Positions 38,049 through 48,180 of a stretch of DNA of 64,000 nucleotides are shown here, one piece after another. The notes under the pieces are model-generated. The model did no database searches. It worked only from the letters and a program-made list of their open reading frames with translations, and was not told the DNA's origin. The position numbers and the translations under genes were made by a program. Each line of letters opens with the position of its first letter. Within the stretch, counting starts at the first letter, position 1. The DNA is from Andalucia godoyi And28 (lineage: Eukaryota > Protista > Jakobida): the NCBI GenBank assembly GCA_009859145.1, contig VRVR01000018.1:129688-193687 (forward strand). Direction: 5' to 3'.

Positions 38049-39830
38049 TTACAGGTTTTGCAGCGCGTGTGCCTTGTCGCGAGAAACACCTTCCTTTTGC
38101 CTTGCGATGGTCCGATCGACAAACTGTTCTTGCTCTCGAACTCTGCTTTCAAATGCCCGTTCCTTTGCGGACTTTTCCGCAGCGCGCTCGGCAAGATCGA
38201 CTTCCTGAACCCAAATCTCGCAAGAGAACTCATTTGTGACGCCATAAAACGCCAGATCCTCTCGATCGTCTTCAAGAACAGTCGGAAACGGGTCGGCAGC
38301 GTCCTTCTTGAACAGCAACTCCATCTTCTCCACTTCACATTTGAACAGCGTTTTGCAGAGAAGCTTCAATTTCGCAACCGACAGCGACAAGGGCAACCTC
38401 TTCTCGACCGGAGCAACGTGGAGTGTTTCGGAAACCATGCTGCGAAGTTTGACAGTCGCCAGCTGCGCTCCGCCCTTTTCGATTGTTTGGAGTCGACGAG
38501 CCGTCTCCAATGGGTCGCCGTGAATCTGCACAAGTCGATTGTATTGAACCCACTTTGTCTGATCAGGAATTGGCTTCTCCTTGTCCCGCTCCAATGCTTC
38601 CGTGGCAGCAGCCTTGAGATAGTTCTTCTCGGCATCCATCCGTTCAGCTGGACGAATCGGCGAACCATTTAGGACGTTCAGTGAGGGGACTCTGGCAATC
38701 ATGTCTCCGCGCTTGAACAAGACCTGGTCTCCAGACACATCATTCAATCGCAAATCTCGAATACTCGACAATCCAATCACGTCAACGAACCGAATATCCC
38801 GCAACGGATTCTTTTCCAAGAACAGACCAGTGAGATTCTTGCACTTTTGGATCTCCGCGGCCGCGATCGAAGCAATCTGGTTGTCCTCGAGATGAAGATG
38901 CGAGGGATGACCAACTCCGCGGAACGTCGAGATGCGATTTCTGGCCAGATTCAGCAGCGACAGGCGTGGAAAGCCTGCCTCGATCATTTCCGGATCGTAC
39001 TCTTCCAGACGGTTCGCTGCCAAGTGCAGGTTCTTAATATTTGGAAAGAGGGCGCCGACGACCCTAACAGCCCGGGAAATCGACAGCATCGTCTCATTTA
39101 GCACAATCGTTTCCAAATGCGCCGTTTTCTGGTTGTCGAACTTTTCCACGACGGCAGTACTCTCTTCGACCGAGTCTTCGAGGCTATCGATAAATCTGCA
39201 GCCGGAAAGCAGCAATACCTTGATTGCCGGAAGCTCCGCAACGAGCCGATACACTTGTTTCCAATCCGACATTAACGAATACGAAAGATCGACCGTATGA
39301 ACAGACTGCAGGTTCAGTGCTTTGAGATCGGACAGATCAGGATCCATCGAAACGACCGCGACATTTTCAAAAGACAGCGTAACATGCTGCAAATACTCTG
39401 TTTTCTGTAACTTTGATTCAATTTTTTCTACTCCAACAAGCTCCTTTGCAACATCATCCTTGTTCATCCGAGTCGTATACTTGTCCTGAACAGCCTGCGC
39501 AAAGCTTTTGCATCTCCATCCTGGTCTTCCTCCTCCTCCTCCTCCTCCTCCTCTTGCTGCAGAAGAAGAGGAGGAAGAGGAGGAAGAGGAGAAGGAGGAA
39601 AAGTACGCCGCGTTTGATTCAAGCGAAGAAAGCTTCACAAACGAACAGGACATCGCACTTGATCCTTGGAAGTATCTTTTCCCGTATGCAACTCCGTCGT
39701 GTTTTCCACGCGATTCGTCGTCCCATTCAATGCCAACCCACACATCCGGAGACTCGGATCCATCGGCCAACACAAGCTTTCCCTCATATCGGATGACTCC
39801 CAGATGGCCTTCAATCCGCACACGATCCAT
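38049..39830 (-). CDS. TBCE: Tubulin-folding cofactor E (CAP-Gly, LRR, ubiquitin-like), 593 aa
   Basis: GVIRYEG, WVGIEWDDESRGKHDG...YF (CAP-Gly), leucine-rich repeats, IARVPSLNVLNGSPI...ER..AEKNYL, KRLP..LSVAKLK (UBL). Confidence 0.94.
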   Translation of the reverse strand: MDRVRIEGHLGVIRYEGKLVLADGSESPDVWVGIEWDDESRGKHDGVAYGKRYFQGSSAMSCSFVKLSSLESNAAYFSSFSSSSSSSSSSAARGGGGGGGGRPGWRCKSFAQAVQDKYTTRMNKDDVAKELVGVEKIESKLQKTEYLQHVTLSFENVAVVSMDPDLSDLKALNLQSVHTVDLSYSLMSDWKQVYRLVAELPAIKVLLLSGCRFIDSLEDSVEESTAVVEKFDNQKTAHLETIVLNETMLSISRAVRVVGALFPNIKNLHLAANRLEEYDPEMIEAGFPRLSLLNLARNRISTFRGVGHPSHLHLEDNQIASIAAAEIQKCKNLTGLFLEKNPLRDIRFVDVIGLSSIRDLRLNDVSGDQVLFKRGDMIARVPSLNVLNGSPIRPAERMDAEKNYLKAAATEALERDKEKPIPDQTKWVQYNRLVQIHGDPLETARRLQTIEKGGAQLATVKLRSMVSETLHVAPVEKRLPLSLSVAKLKLLCKTLFKCEVEKMELLFKKDAADPFPTVLEDDREDLAFYGVTNEFSCEIWVQEVDLAERAAEKSAKERAFESRVREQEQFVDRTIARQKEGVSRDKAHALQNL

Positions 39831-40002
39831 CCTCTCCTTCAAGCGAGCGTGAAACCCAGTGAAACAATTACCAATTTACTGTTCATAATATTATAATAAT
39901 TAAAAAATAATAAATTATAAAAAGAAATTATAATAATAATAATATTAACAAATAATTGAGCAATGGGAGAGAAAAAATGAAGAGTCAAGTGAGTGGGACG
40001 CT

Positions 40003-40473
40003 CTACGACAGCGCAGGGCTTTGAGAAACGGCAGATGAACGATGGGTGGCTTTGGACAATGCAGCGTCAAGTGCCTCGTTTTGCAGCTGGGCATTCTTTG
40101 TGATTGCGGCAATGGATTCCATGGATGCCGAGTACGACTTTGCACCACTGCTCCCCTTTCCCGCAACCGCTGGAGTAAAAGGCGTCTCGAGGAGCCGGGC
40201 ACACCCGAGTGGGAAAACGGACTGCGAGTCCGCACAAACGGATTCTAGCTGCTGTAACTTGGACAACACATGCGCCTTTTGCTGGTCAATCTCTGCCGGG
40301 CTCGATGCATCGACGGGAGACTTGTTCACCAGCAAGAACAGCTGGTGCATCTCCCGCTGGACTTGCTCCAGCGCGCTCTGAAACCTGCTCAGAACCTCTC
40401 TTGGCGACTGAGATGCCGCTGCACTGGCTGAAGGAGTGGGCGCAGAAACCGAAGCAGTTGCCGCTGCAGTCAT
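40003..40473 (-). CDS. Helical protein, probable divergent Mediator subunit Med10/Nut2 (156 aa)
   Basis: LEQVQREMHQLFLLV, EIDQQKAHVLSKLQQL, VFPLGCARLLE and KNAQLQNEALD line up with the Med10 helices as I recall them. Confidence 0.5.
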   Translation of the reverse strand: MTAAATASVSAPTPSASAAASQSPREVLSRFQSALEQVQREMHQLFLLVNKSPVDASSPAEIDQQKAHVLSKLQQLESVCADSQSVFPLGCARLLETPFTPAVAGKGSSGAKSYSASMESIAAITKNAQLQNEALDAALSKATHRSSAVSQSPALS

Positions 40474-40484
40474 TCCGGTTGTTT

Positions 40485-40557
40485 TTTGCTTCTTTGCTTC
40501 TTTGCTTCTTTGCTTCTTTGCTTCTTTGCTTCTTTGCTTCTTTGCTTCTTTGCTTCT
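40485..40557. repeat. (TTTGCTTC)n tandem repeat upstream of the Med10-like ATG
   Basis: About eight 8-bp units. Confidence 0.92.
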
Positions 40558-40843
40558 TGTTTCTTTGATTATTTTTGTTTTGTTTTGTTGGATATGAACA
40601 AAGTAATAATCATTGTCATCATGCATTTTTCGGAGAGTTGCTTTTGTAGAAATTTGGCAAGAAAGAATTTAGCCGATAATGTCGACAGCTGTCGAGATGC
40701 CTGGGGGAAAAATCCGAACAGCAGGCAGCTTCGGCGTCATCGACGCGCACCAGAGTCCTGGAAGACGCCACGACCACATGGTACGCTGCGGCAGCCGGTG
40801 CTAAGATTACACGGTACACAATCATTCTTTTTTTTAAAATCAA

Positions 40844-41428
40844 TTAATCCAAATCCATTCGCGAAGATGATCCTTTTCCCTTTTTCTTTTTTGCACCGAC
40901 CGTTGTCCAGCCGTCATCATCCCCATCCTCTCCGCGATCTTGATCCGCATTGTCCTGGGGTGCTTGGATGATATGATGTCCATCGCTTCCTGGCCCCTCA
41001 CTCCCATCTTCAACTCCGGCGCCATCGTCGTCGTCGTCGTCGTCATTGCTGTCAGAATCGTCCCACTGTCTTCGAAATCCGCTGATGTTTTCAGCAGCGG
41101 CAATGACTCGTTGCATCTCATCCATTGGCGCTAGCAGTCTTGGTCTCAGATAGCACTCACGAATGAGCGCCGATACTTGTGGAATCGATCCATCTTCAAG
41201 CTGTGTGTCGAGATCCTCGGACATCACATCGTGCAGCAGCTGCTCAAGCTCTTCCTGGAAAATCTCTCCATGTGAAAACCACGACAGGATCGTATTGCAT
41301 AAATCAGCTCGGACTTCTAATGCATACGACGGAGAGTCGTGATACGATATACAAAGTGTCAGTGCCGTCCAATTCGACAAAATGTACCGCACATTCAGCG
41401 CAAAATCATCCGGCAAACTCGCAGTCAT
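40844..41428 (-). CDS. TSR2: Pre-rRNA-processing protein TSR2 (Rps26 escortin), 194 aa
   Basis: F...V..IL..WTAL, ELEQLL.DVM.EDLDTQLEDGSIPQVS, acidic tail, DDDGWTTV..KKK. The WGG motif is divergent. Confidence 0.82.
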   Translation of the reverse strand: MTASLPDDFALNVRYILSNWTALTLCISYHDSPSYALEVRADLCNTILSWFSHGEIFQEELEQLLHDVMSEDLDTQLEDGSIPQVSALIRECYLRPRLLAPMDEMQRVIAAAENISGFRRQWDDSDSNDDDDDDDGAGVEDGSEGPGSDGHHIIQAPQDNADQDRGEDGDDDGWTTVGAKKKKGKGSSSRMDLD

Positions 41429-41732
41429 CCAGCCTTTGTTTCTTGGTCACTATCCTTTCTACAGCACAACTCCCATCAAAAGAACGCAAATAAAAATCTG
41501 GTTTAATAAACTCCTCTCGTCCGCTTTGCGTCTTCCTTTTTTCACTGCAGATCCCAACCGAATATGCAAATAGAAAAAATATAAAACAGACGTCTGGCGG
41601 TGAACGCTTTTTTCGCGGAAATTTTAGCCTTGATATTTTACGACTGGCAATGCAGCGGGAAAGACTGAAAGGGGGAAACGGTCCGATATTTTTTTATCTG
41701 CATTTGTTTTCCTTCAGTTTCTTCTTCGGATT

Positions 41733-41769
<37 letters not shown>

Positions 41770-41884
41770 AAGAGAGAGAAAGAGAGAGAAAGAGAGAGAT
41801 CTGTTTGAAAACGATAAGTACATCATTCATGGAAAGATCATCGTCTGCGCGTTAGGACCAAACCAGCTAGCCAGCGAGCGCTGA

Positions 41885-42664
41885 TTATCCCTTGACTGGT
41901 GAGCAACCCATGGGCAGGCGCTCATCGTCGTCCTTGTGCTCCAGAACGAGTGCCCCGATGGACGACCTTGCATTTGAAATGGAATTCGATGCCGATCTCT
42001 TGTGCTTGAGATATCTTGCACTCCCGTTCGACTGGACCTTGCTGTTTTGCAGTGCCAACTTCACATCCTCTGCAATTTGCTCCGCATTTCCAAAGTTGAC
42101 CCAGTTCTTGCAGACCATTCCGCAGCCGTGCTCCTCATGCATCGAAACAAGGAAATCTTGGTAGCACTTCTCCAGCCCTGCCAAGTACTCGAGCGGGATG
42201 CCAGATTCACAATCCCGCTTACGCAGATTGTGCACGCGATCATAGCACACTGCTGCCGGAACCTCCAAATACACCACAGCGTGTGGCGATGGCAGCGAGG
42301 AAAGATACTTTGCACGTAAGGTAAGGTACTCGTCGAATCCTTCTTCCGAGATATTACCATCCTGGCGATTCTTATGAGCGAAAACAATGTCGGAAAACAC
42401 AGATCGGTCCAGAATCACTCCATTGTACCCATCGGAGGTGAGATCCATGTCCAGTGCAGCAAGATACGTTTCGTATCGCTGCTTCAGAAACCACAGTTGC
42501 ATAGGAAGAGCATACTTTTGCGGGTTTCCGTAAAAGTGTTCGAGAAACGGGTTTGTCACGACTGGCTCATAGAATACTTTGTAGTGGAGCAGCGATCCAA
42601 GCTGCTTCGCAAGAGTCGATTTTCCTGCAGAAATGTTTCCTTCAATAATGATGATTTTCGACAT
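41885..42664 (-). CDS. Deoxynucleoside kinase (dCK/dGK/dAK family), 259 aa
   Basis: IIIEGNISAGKST P-loop, EPV, MQLWFL..R, ILDRSVFSD..FA, and the lid YLEVP...CY.RV..LR.R.CE..IPLEYL. Confidence 0.92.
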   Translation of the reverse strand: MSKIIIIEGNISAGKSTLAKQLGSLLHYKVFYEPVVTNPFLEHFYGNPQKYALPMQLWFLKQRYETYLAALDMDLTSDGYNGVILDRSVFSDIVFAHKNRQDGNISEEGFDEYLTLRAKYLSSLPSPHAVVYLEVPAAVCYDRVHNLRKRDCESGIPLEYLAGLEKCYQDFLVSMHEEHGCGMVCKNWVNFGNAEQIAEDVKLALQNSKVQSNGSARYLKHKRSASNSISNARSSIGALVLEHKDDDERLPMGCSPVKG

Positions 42665-43033
42665 TGCTGTTTGATATTGCGACTGTTGATTGTTGGGTTG
42701 TTGTTTGTGAAGGAGACGAGGGGGCCCAAATGTACAAAGACTATGTATAGAATATATATAAAAACAGAGTGGAACAGGAGCCAAGGATAGAAAAACGCGT
42801 GAAAGACCGATGGGTCAGTGTTTAGAATACGAATGTTAAAATAATAACAAAACAAAACAAAACAAAAGTAGCAATGATGCTAAAAAATGAAGAAGAAACA
42901 ACTGGACTGGACAGAAAGACAAGTGAGAAAAAGAAGGAAAGAAGAAAAGAAGGAAAGAAGAAAAAGAAGAGGATAAGATCGTTGTTTAAAATATAATTTT
43001 TAAAATGGGGTTTTACGTGTTGGGGAAAAGGGT

Positions 43034-43133
43034 TTTGAAATTCACGGGCATTGAACGGCGCCAATGACACTCGAGGCGGGATGTTGCAATCGGATTTGTC
43101 ACATGTCATCATCATCGCATAACGGTTTCCGCC
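43034..43133. promoter_or_regulatory. Putative cell-cycle motif cluster (CHR TTTGAA, MSA/Myb AACGG x2, CCAAT, E2F-like) in the divergent kinase/MAD2 promoter
   Basis: TTTGAA 43034-39, AACGG 43054-58, GGCGCCAA 43057-64, CCAAT 43061-65, GGCGGGA 43075-81, AACGG 43121-25, TTTCCGCC 43126-33. Confidence 0.35.
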
Positions 43134-43358
43134 GGATCTTTCACCGCTCCATTTAGGTTATGCATTCCTGGACTTTTTCGAATGCGCTGTTTGTTGTTGT
43201 ATTTTCTGTTGGTTTTCTTCTTTTTTTTTTTTTCTGTGTTTTTTTCTTCTTGCTTTGGTGTTCATTTTGTTGTTTCATTTTGGTGCGATCCTTGCTGGAG
43301 GGAGCAGAGAACAAGCGACACAGAGAAAGAGAAAGAGAGAAAGAAAAGAAGGAGCAAA

Positions 43359-44033
43359 ATGTCGTCTTCTACGAGCAGTACCAGCACGACGATGGAACAA
43401 AAGACAACGATTACCTTACGTGGATCGACGCAGATGGTGGTTGAGTTTTTTGCATATGCAGTGAATTCGATACTTTACCAGAGAGGCATCTATCCCCCCG
43501 AGTCGTTTACTCGAAAGCAAAAATACGGTTTGGCAATGATGGTGACGAGTGATGCTGGTCTGCAGGAGTATCTGGGGAAGGTGCTGTCGCAGCTGAGTTC
43601 ATGGATGATGAGTCGGACTGTACAGAAGCTTGTGCTGGTGATTACTGGTTCGGAAAGCGGGACCACGCTTGAGCGGTGGGTGTTTGATGTGCAACAGGAC
43701 CGGAATGCAACTGCGTCCAATGGCGGCACAGTCCTTCCAACTGGTTGGACCGGCGAAGATCCAGTTGTGTACGGGACAAAGAGCGAGAAGGAAATCCAAG
43801 GCGAGATCCAGGCGATCGTGCGACAGATCACGGCTTCCGTAACGTTTTTGCCTCTGCTGAACGAAACTTGCTCATTTGACCTGCTTGTGTACACGGACAA
43901 ACAGTGCGAAGTCCCGGCCGAGTGGGAAGAGTCTGATCCGCGCTACATTCAAAACTCAAACGAAGTCAAACTCCGCTCGTTTACGACTTCCGTACACCGC
44001 GTCGATGCAATGGTGTCCTACAGAATCGACTAG
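43359..44033 (+). CDS. MAD2: Spindle checkpoint protein MAD2 (HORMA domain), 224 aa
   Basis: ITLRGSTQMVVEFFAYAVNSILYQRGIYPPESF, LERWVFD, RQITASVTFLP, FDLLVYTD, WEESDP, LRSFTTSVHRVDAMVSY. Confidence 0.98.
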   Translation: MSSSTSSTSTTMEQKTTITLRGSTQMVVEFFAYAVNSILYQRGIYPPESFTRKQKYGLAMMVTSDAGLQEYLGKVLSQLSSWMMSRTVQKLVLVITGSESGTTLERWVFDVQQDRNATASNGGTVLPTGWTGEDPVVYGTKSEKEIQGEIQAIVRQITASVTFLPLLNETCSFDLLVYTDKQCEVPAEWEESDPRYIQNSNEVKLRSFTTSVHRVDAMVSYRID

Positions 44034-44835
44034 GGAATCAACAACCATCCCGAGTCCAAAACCATTAATCACGAATTCAGGAATTTTCAGGAATCACAAG
44101 CGGCGGCGCAAGGAACAGACGGGGGAACAGGGACTCTGGGTTACGCAGATCGGAGTAATGGGGTATTTTATTTTTTAAATCAATGAATTAATAATAACAA
44201 TAATGATACTACTACTACTACTACTGCTACTACTACTCATAATCAGCCACCGGGTTTACTCATTTTCAATAAACATCAACAGAGCCGTTGATTTCCTTTG
44301 TATCTCCATCTGGTTTGCACGAGTGATTCGGAAAGAAAAGTTCGATGGATCAAGCCGGGGTGCATCGGAAGTGGACCATTGAATAACAACACGCCATTGT
44401 CATGCATACGGAAGAAGACATAAACAGACTTCTTGCCAAAATGTCTCTACAATACCATGACGATTGATTCGTAGGATCAATTCGCCAGGCAACCTTGCTA
44501 TCGTATCCAATTAGACCCAATTCGGTATTTGATGCAGTGTATCGCAGGCGAAATCTCTTCGTGAGAATAGGGAGATTTTGCGGGAAATGGCCCGCACGAA
44601 AAGACCTATGATTTACAAATGACTCACAAAAAATACCTGCATTTCCTTTCCTTTCCTTTCCGTTCATTCGTTCACTCATTCTCTTTGATTTGTGTTGTTG
44701 TTGTTGTTGTTGTTGCTGTTGCTGTTGTTATTTATTTATTTATTTGTGAACGTGACGTTTCAAGAACAGGTAAAAAGAAAGGAAGGGTCAAACGGGAGAG
44801 AAGAAGAAGAAGAAGAAGAAGAAGAAGAAGAAGAA

Positions 44836-47800
44836 ATGGTTCTTTTGCGAGTGCTTCGTGATCGGACTCTTGGATACTATTCGTATCCCTTTCGAGACCA
44901 TGATTCGCCTCTTGTCAGCACGTTTCCTCAGACATGCCATCCTCCAAGGAACAATTTTTCGATCCTTGTTGAAGGACTTCGAACAACACGGTACCAAGTT
45001 CCATACGAAACGGACTCGTCAATGAATAATTATGGTTGCAAGAATGGTAACAGTAGCAGTAATACTCTGTTGCTGTTGGACGACGTGCAGTCTAATTCAA
45101 GGGCCATCCAGACAAATTCTTCAAACGCAATTTCAAATGCTTTGCATAATCGTCAGCACCATGGTGCTGCTCTGTCCTCGATGGACCCACGGAGAGCTGC
45201 GAGTGTTCGAACTCCAAACTCGGATGGAAACTCTGCAAATTCTTGGAATAGAGAAACCACTGGCAGCAATGGGGTTTTGGGCCACAGTCCAACGCCTTCC
45301 GTATCGAGAATTGCATCCGATTCTGACTTTCCGCTGTCTCGTGCACGCTCCAACTCGGATTCGAGCTATTCGTCAAATCATTCAGCATTTCAGTATTCTG
45401 CATCACGGCCGATGCGTGTGCAGAGCCCATTGTTTGAGCGAATAAGATGGATCTCGCTGCCGAGATCTGTTTCAGGCAGTAACAGTATCAATGGCAACAG
45501 TATTTCGCCACAGAACGCCTCAGCAGCAAGTCCGCTGGCTTGCGTGAGTCTTGCAGTGACACATCCTGGTTGCGCCACTCCGTTTCTTGCTTCAGGTCAT
45601 GCAGATCATTCGGTTCGCGTGATTTCGATGGGCGCAGAGGGACCACATGCCGCGAATTCATTTGTCATGTGGATGCCGCGGACCCCATGGGCACTCTGTT
45701 TTGACGCATTCAAGAAGCCCCTTCTTGCTGGAATTGATCTTGGCGGCGATTGTCTTGTGATGGACTGCCAGTCTGCTTCCAGATCCTCGTTGGCATCTTC
45801 TCCGCAGCGGTCGTCTCAACACCAGCAAGCACGAAGTGCCGATAGTCCTTCAGGCCGGGCCCTGCCGTTGGATCGTTCGCCACTGCCGCCGACTGCCCAG
45901 TATGCAATTGGGTCCAGCTCAGTGCGATTCAGCTTCGGAGGCGGGTTTACATCCACGGAAAAACCAGCGGTTTGTTCAATTTGTGTTCCCTGCATTGCTT
46001 GCATTGCTGCAGAAGCAAGCGAGACGCCTGGAAGTTCGCTCAGGAATATGAGCAGCTGCGGCTGCGAAAGCCATTTTCTCTTTGCTTGGGGTTGTCGCAT
46101 TTGTCTCTTTTGTGTCTCTTGCTTCAAACCTGTTCGCATCATCAATCTTCCCAGCTCTGTGGTCGTTCGCTCTGTTGTCGCCGATCATACATTCAGCAAC
46201 TCTGCAGAGATGAATCCGCCGCAAGTACCAGTTGAAGAAGATGGCTTATGTGGTTCGCCGACGGAAAGCCTCATCTTGCTGGCCCTGGCTGTTCCAGAAG
46301 GAGCTCCTGATATTTCTGTATATATAGCAAACTTGCTGGACCCGTCGCTGCCGCATCCTCCGTCGCCTTTGTCTGCTTCTTCGTCAGCTTCTTTGTCTTC
46401 TGCATCACAAGAAATGGGTCCCCCTGGCGGCATGGACAGTGCGAATCCTCTTGGCTCCATGCGCGAAGCTGCGGGCTCGAGTGAGCGATCATTGTTTGCA
46501 GTTCACGTGTATCGTGTTATTCTTTCAGTAGGTGCTGCTGCTGCTAGTTCGACAAGGATCCGCGTGGAGCTTGGAATCAAAGTACCGGGATGCGTAATCC
46601 ACGGACCTCGAGGAGTTTCACTTTCCAAGGGCATCCTTGGTGTTGTCCGCTCTTGCCATGGATCGCGAGTGTGTCAAGTTGGGGTAATTCGGCGACCCTT
46701 TGATGACGATGATGTTGACGAAAGCGATGATCTGGAAAGTTTGGAGAGTTCGGAAACCGAGAGCAATCGCTCGTTGTCATTTTCCGTTTCAGGGCACAGA
46801 GGGACTCCGCTGTCTGCGAACCCGAGCCGCAGCAGTGGTGGCCCGAACTCCAGAGATCGTCCGCTCCTCAGTCTCAATGGCTCCGGAGAGGGTCTGAGAC
46901 CTCCCCTGTCGAAGCGGCGGCGCGTGACGACAGCCAAAATCACGACCCGAGTGTGGTTTGCTGCCCAGTTGTTCTCCCTTCACGGCCTAACGCATTGCGG
47001 AAAGTCTGTTGCGTGCCAAAGAGAGCAGTCTGTTGTTCCCCGTGGGTTCTTGTCCTCCAGTTCTGCATCCACACCTGGATGCTCCTCCGTTCCTTCTCCG
47101 ACGCTAAGTAGCCTTCATGGTATGCATGGGCTTCCCGCCGCCGCAGTCCCTCCCACCTTGATATACGCATCGATGTCGACGCCGACGGTTAATCTGTTTG
47201 CAGGAATGCCATTGTTTGTCGGGTCCTCGATGGATTCTCCGCCGTCGTCCATCGATGACTGTTTTGCAACACCGCCCTCGGTTTCCGGAGATCCTCCATC
47301 GCGCCCGAGAACCCCGTTGACCACCATGCAAGCGCCGCCGTCCATTTCCCGAACAGGGGCACACAGCTTGATGCCTTCAAGTTCCTACGATGTGCCAATG
47401 ACCGTGCGTCCCTCTTCGGCTGCCTCTGCTTCTGCAGTCGATCGAGATATGGCAAGTATCGAATCTCATGCAATGACTTTACCGTTAATTCATGAATGGT
47501 TTCTTACGCGATACGACGTTGATGTATTATCCTCCATCGATGTGTATCCGTCGTTCCCAATGTGCCCACAGCTGCCAGTTGCAGGGGCAGCAGACGGTTC
47601 TTCTCGGCATGATTTCAGCGAACCAGACTCGTTTTCTCCGTCGTTGTTTCCATTGGTGCTGTTTGGAGGCTCTGCATCGTTCCACAACTCCATTTCAGGT
47701 TCCAAGAGACCTGCATTTTCGGTTTGGTTTGGTGGAGAATGTGTTGCCGCTCCTACTGAAGATCCCTTGGTGTCATTTGATGTTTGCAGTGCTGCTTGTT

Positions 47801-47877
47801 GGATTGAAGACGGTGCTGGGGGATTGGCTGTTGTGTGTGCCATGAAGTGCGGCGGTTTGCGGTTGTGCTATTTATGA
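44836..47877 (+). CDS. Large low-complexity protein with AMBRA1/DCAF3-like WD40 segment (1013 aa)
   Basis: LASGHADHSVRVI...RTPWALCF...LLAGIDLGGDCLVMD resembles AMBRA1 LAST(H)..H...RTPW.V.FHP...LASG.LD. The rest is Ser-rich with beta-strand-like blocks. Confidence 0.55.
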   Translation: MVLLRVLRDRTLGYYSYPFRDHDSPLVSTFPQTCHPPRNNFSILVEGLRTTRYQVPYETDSSMNNYGCKNGNSSSNTLLLLDDVQSNSRAIQTNSSNAISNALHNRQHHGAALSSMDPRRAASVRTPNSDGNSANSWNRETTGSNGVLGHSPTPSVSRIASDSDFPLSRARSNSDSSYSSNHSAFQYSASRPMRVQSPLFERIRWISLPRSVSGSNSINGNSISPQNASAASPLACVSLAVTHPGCATPFLASGHADHSVRVISMGAEGPHAANSFVMWMPRTPWALCFDAFKKPLLAGIDLGGDCLVMDCQSASRSSLASSPQRSSQHQQARSADSPSGRALPLDRSPLPPTAQYAIGSSSVRFSFGGGFTSTEKPAVCSICVPCIACIAAEASETPGSSLRNMSSCGCESHFLFAWGCRICLFCVSCFKPVRIINLPSSVVVRSVVADHTFSNSAEMNPPQVPVEEDGLCGSPTESLILLALAVPEGAPDISVYIANLLDPSLPHPPSPLSASSSASLSSASQEMGPPGGMDSANPLGSMREAAGSSERSLFAVHVYRVILSVGAAAASSTRIRVELGIKVPGCVIHGPRGVSLSKGILGVVRSCHGSRVCQVGVIRRPFDDDDVDESDDLESLESSETESNRSLSFSVSGHRGTPLSANPSRSSGGPNSRDRPLLSLNGSGEGLRPPLSKRRRVTTAKITTRVWFAAQLFSLHGLTHCGKSVACQREQSVVPRGFLSSSSASTPGCSSVPSPTLSSLHGMHGLPAAAVPPTLIYASMSTPTVNLFAGMPLFVGSSMDSPPSSIDDCFATPPSVSGDPPSRPRTPLTTMQAPPSISRTGAHSLMPSSSYDVPMTVRPSSAASASAVDRDMASIESHAMTLPLIHEWFLTRYDVDVLSSIDVYPSFPMCPQLPVAGAADGSSRHDFSEPDSFSPSLFPLVLFGGSASFHNSISGSKRPAFSVWFGGECVAAPTEDPLVSFDVCSAACWIEDGAGGLAVVCAMKCGGLRLCYL

Positions 47878-48180
47878 GCTGCGTTTTTGTTACCACTTCG
47901 TTTTCAGACATTCGTTCCGTATGAAGTCTGGTTCCTCTAGGCCTCGTGCATATTGCGTTTTTTATTACTATCATTGATTCGATGATGATGATGATTATTT
48001 ACTGCGTGCTTCTTTTGTCTTTCAAGAATGTGCATCTGTTTGATTTTTGTTGTACATGAAGCCCAAACTAAATGTCTGCGTATCGTATCTTTCCCCCGAA
48101 AACACTTGACGTACAGGCAAAACCCATGTTGTCGAGTGAACACTTGTCACAACGTAAACCATTACTTCGGTACGGATTCA

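Noticed and set aside
44350-44679. 109-aa minus-strand ORF and short TGA-interrupted plus-strand frames between MAD2 and the AMBRA1-like gene
   Set aside because: No recognisable domain, no selenoprotein motif, and no codon-bias support.
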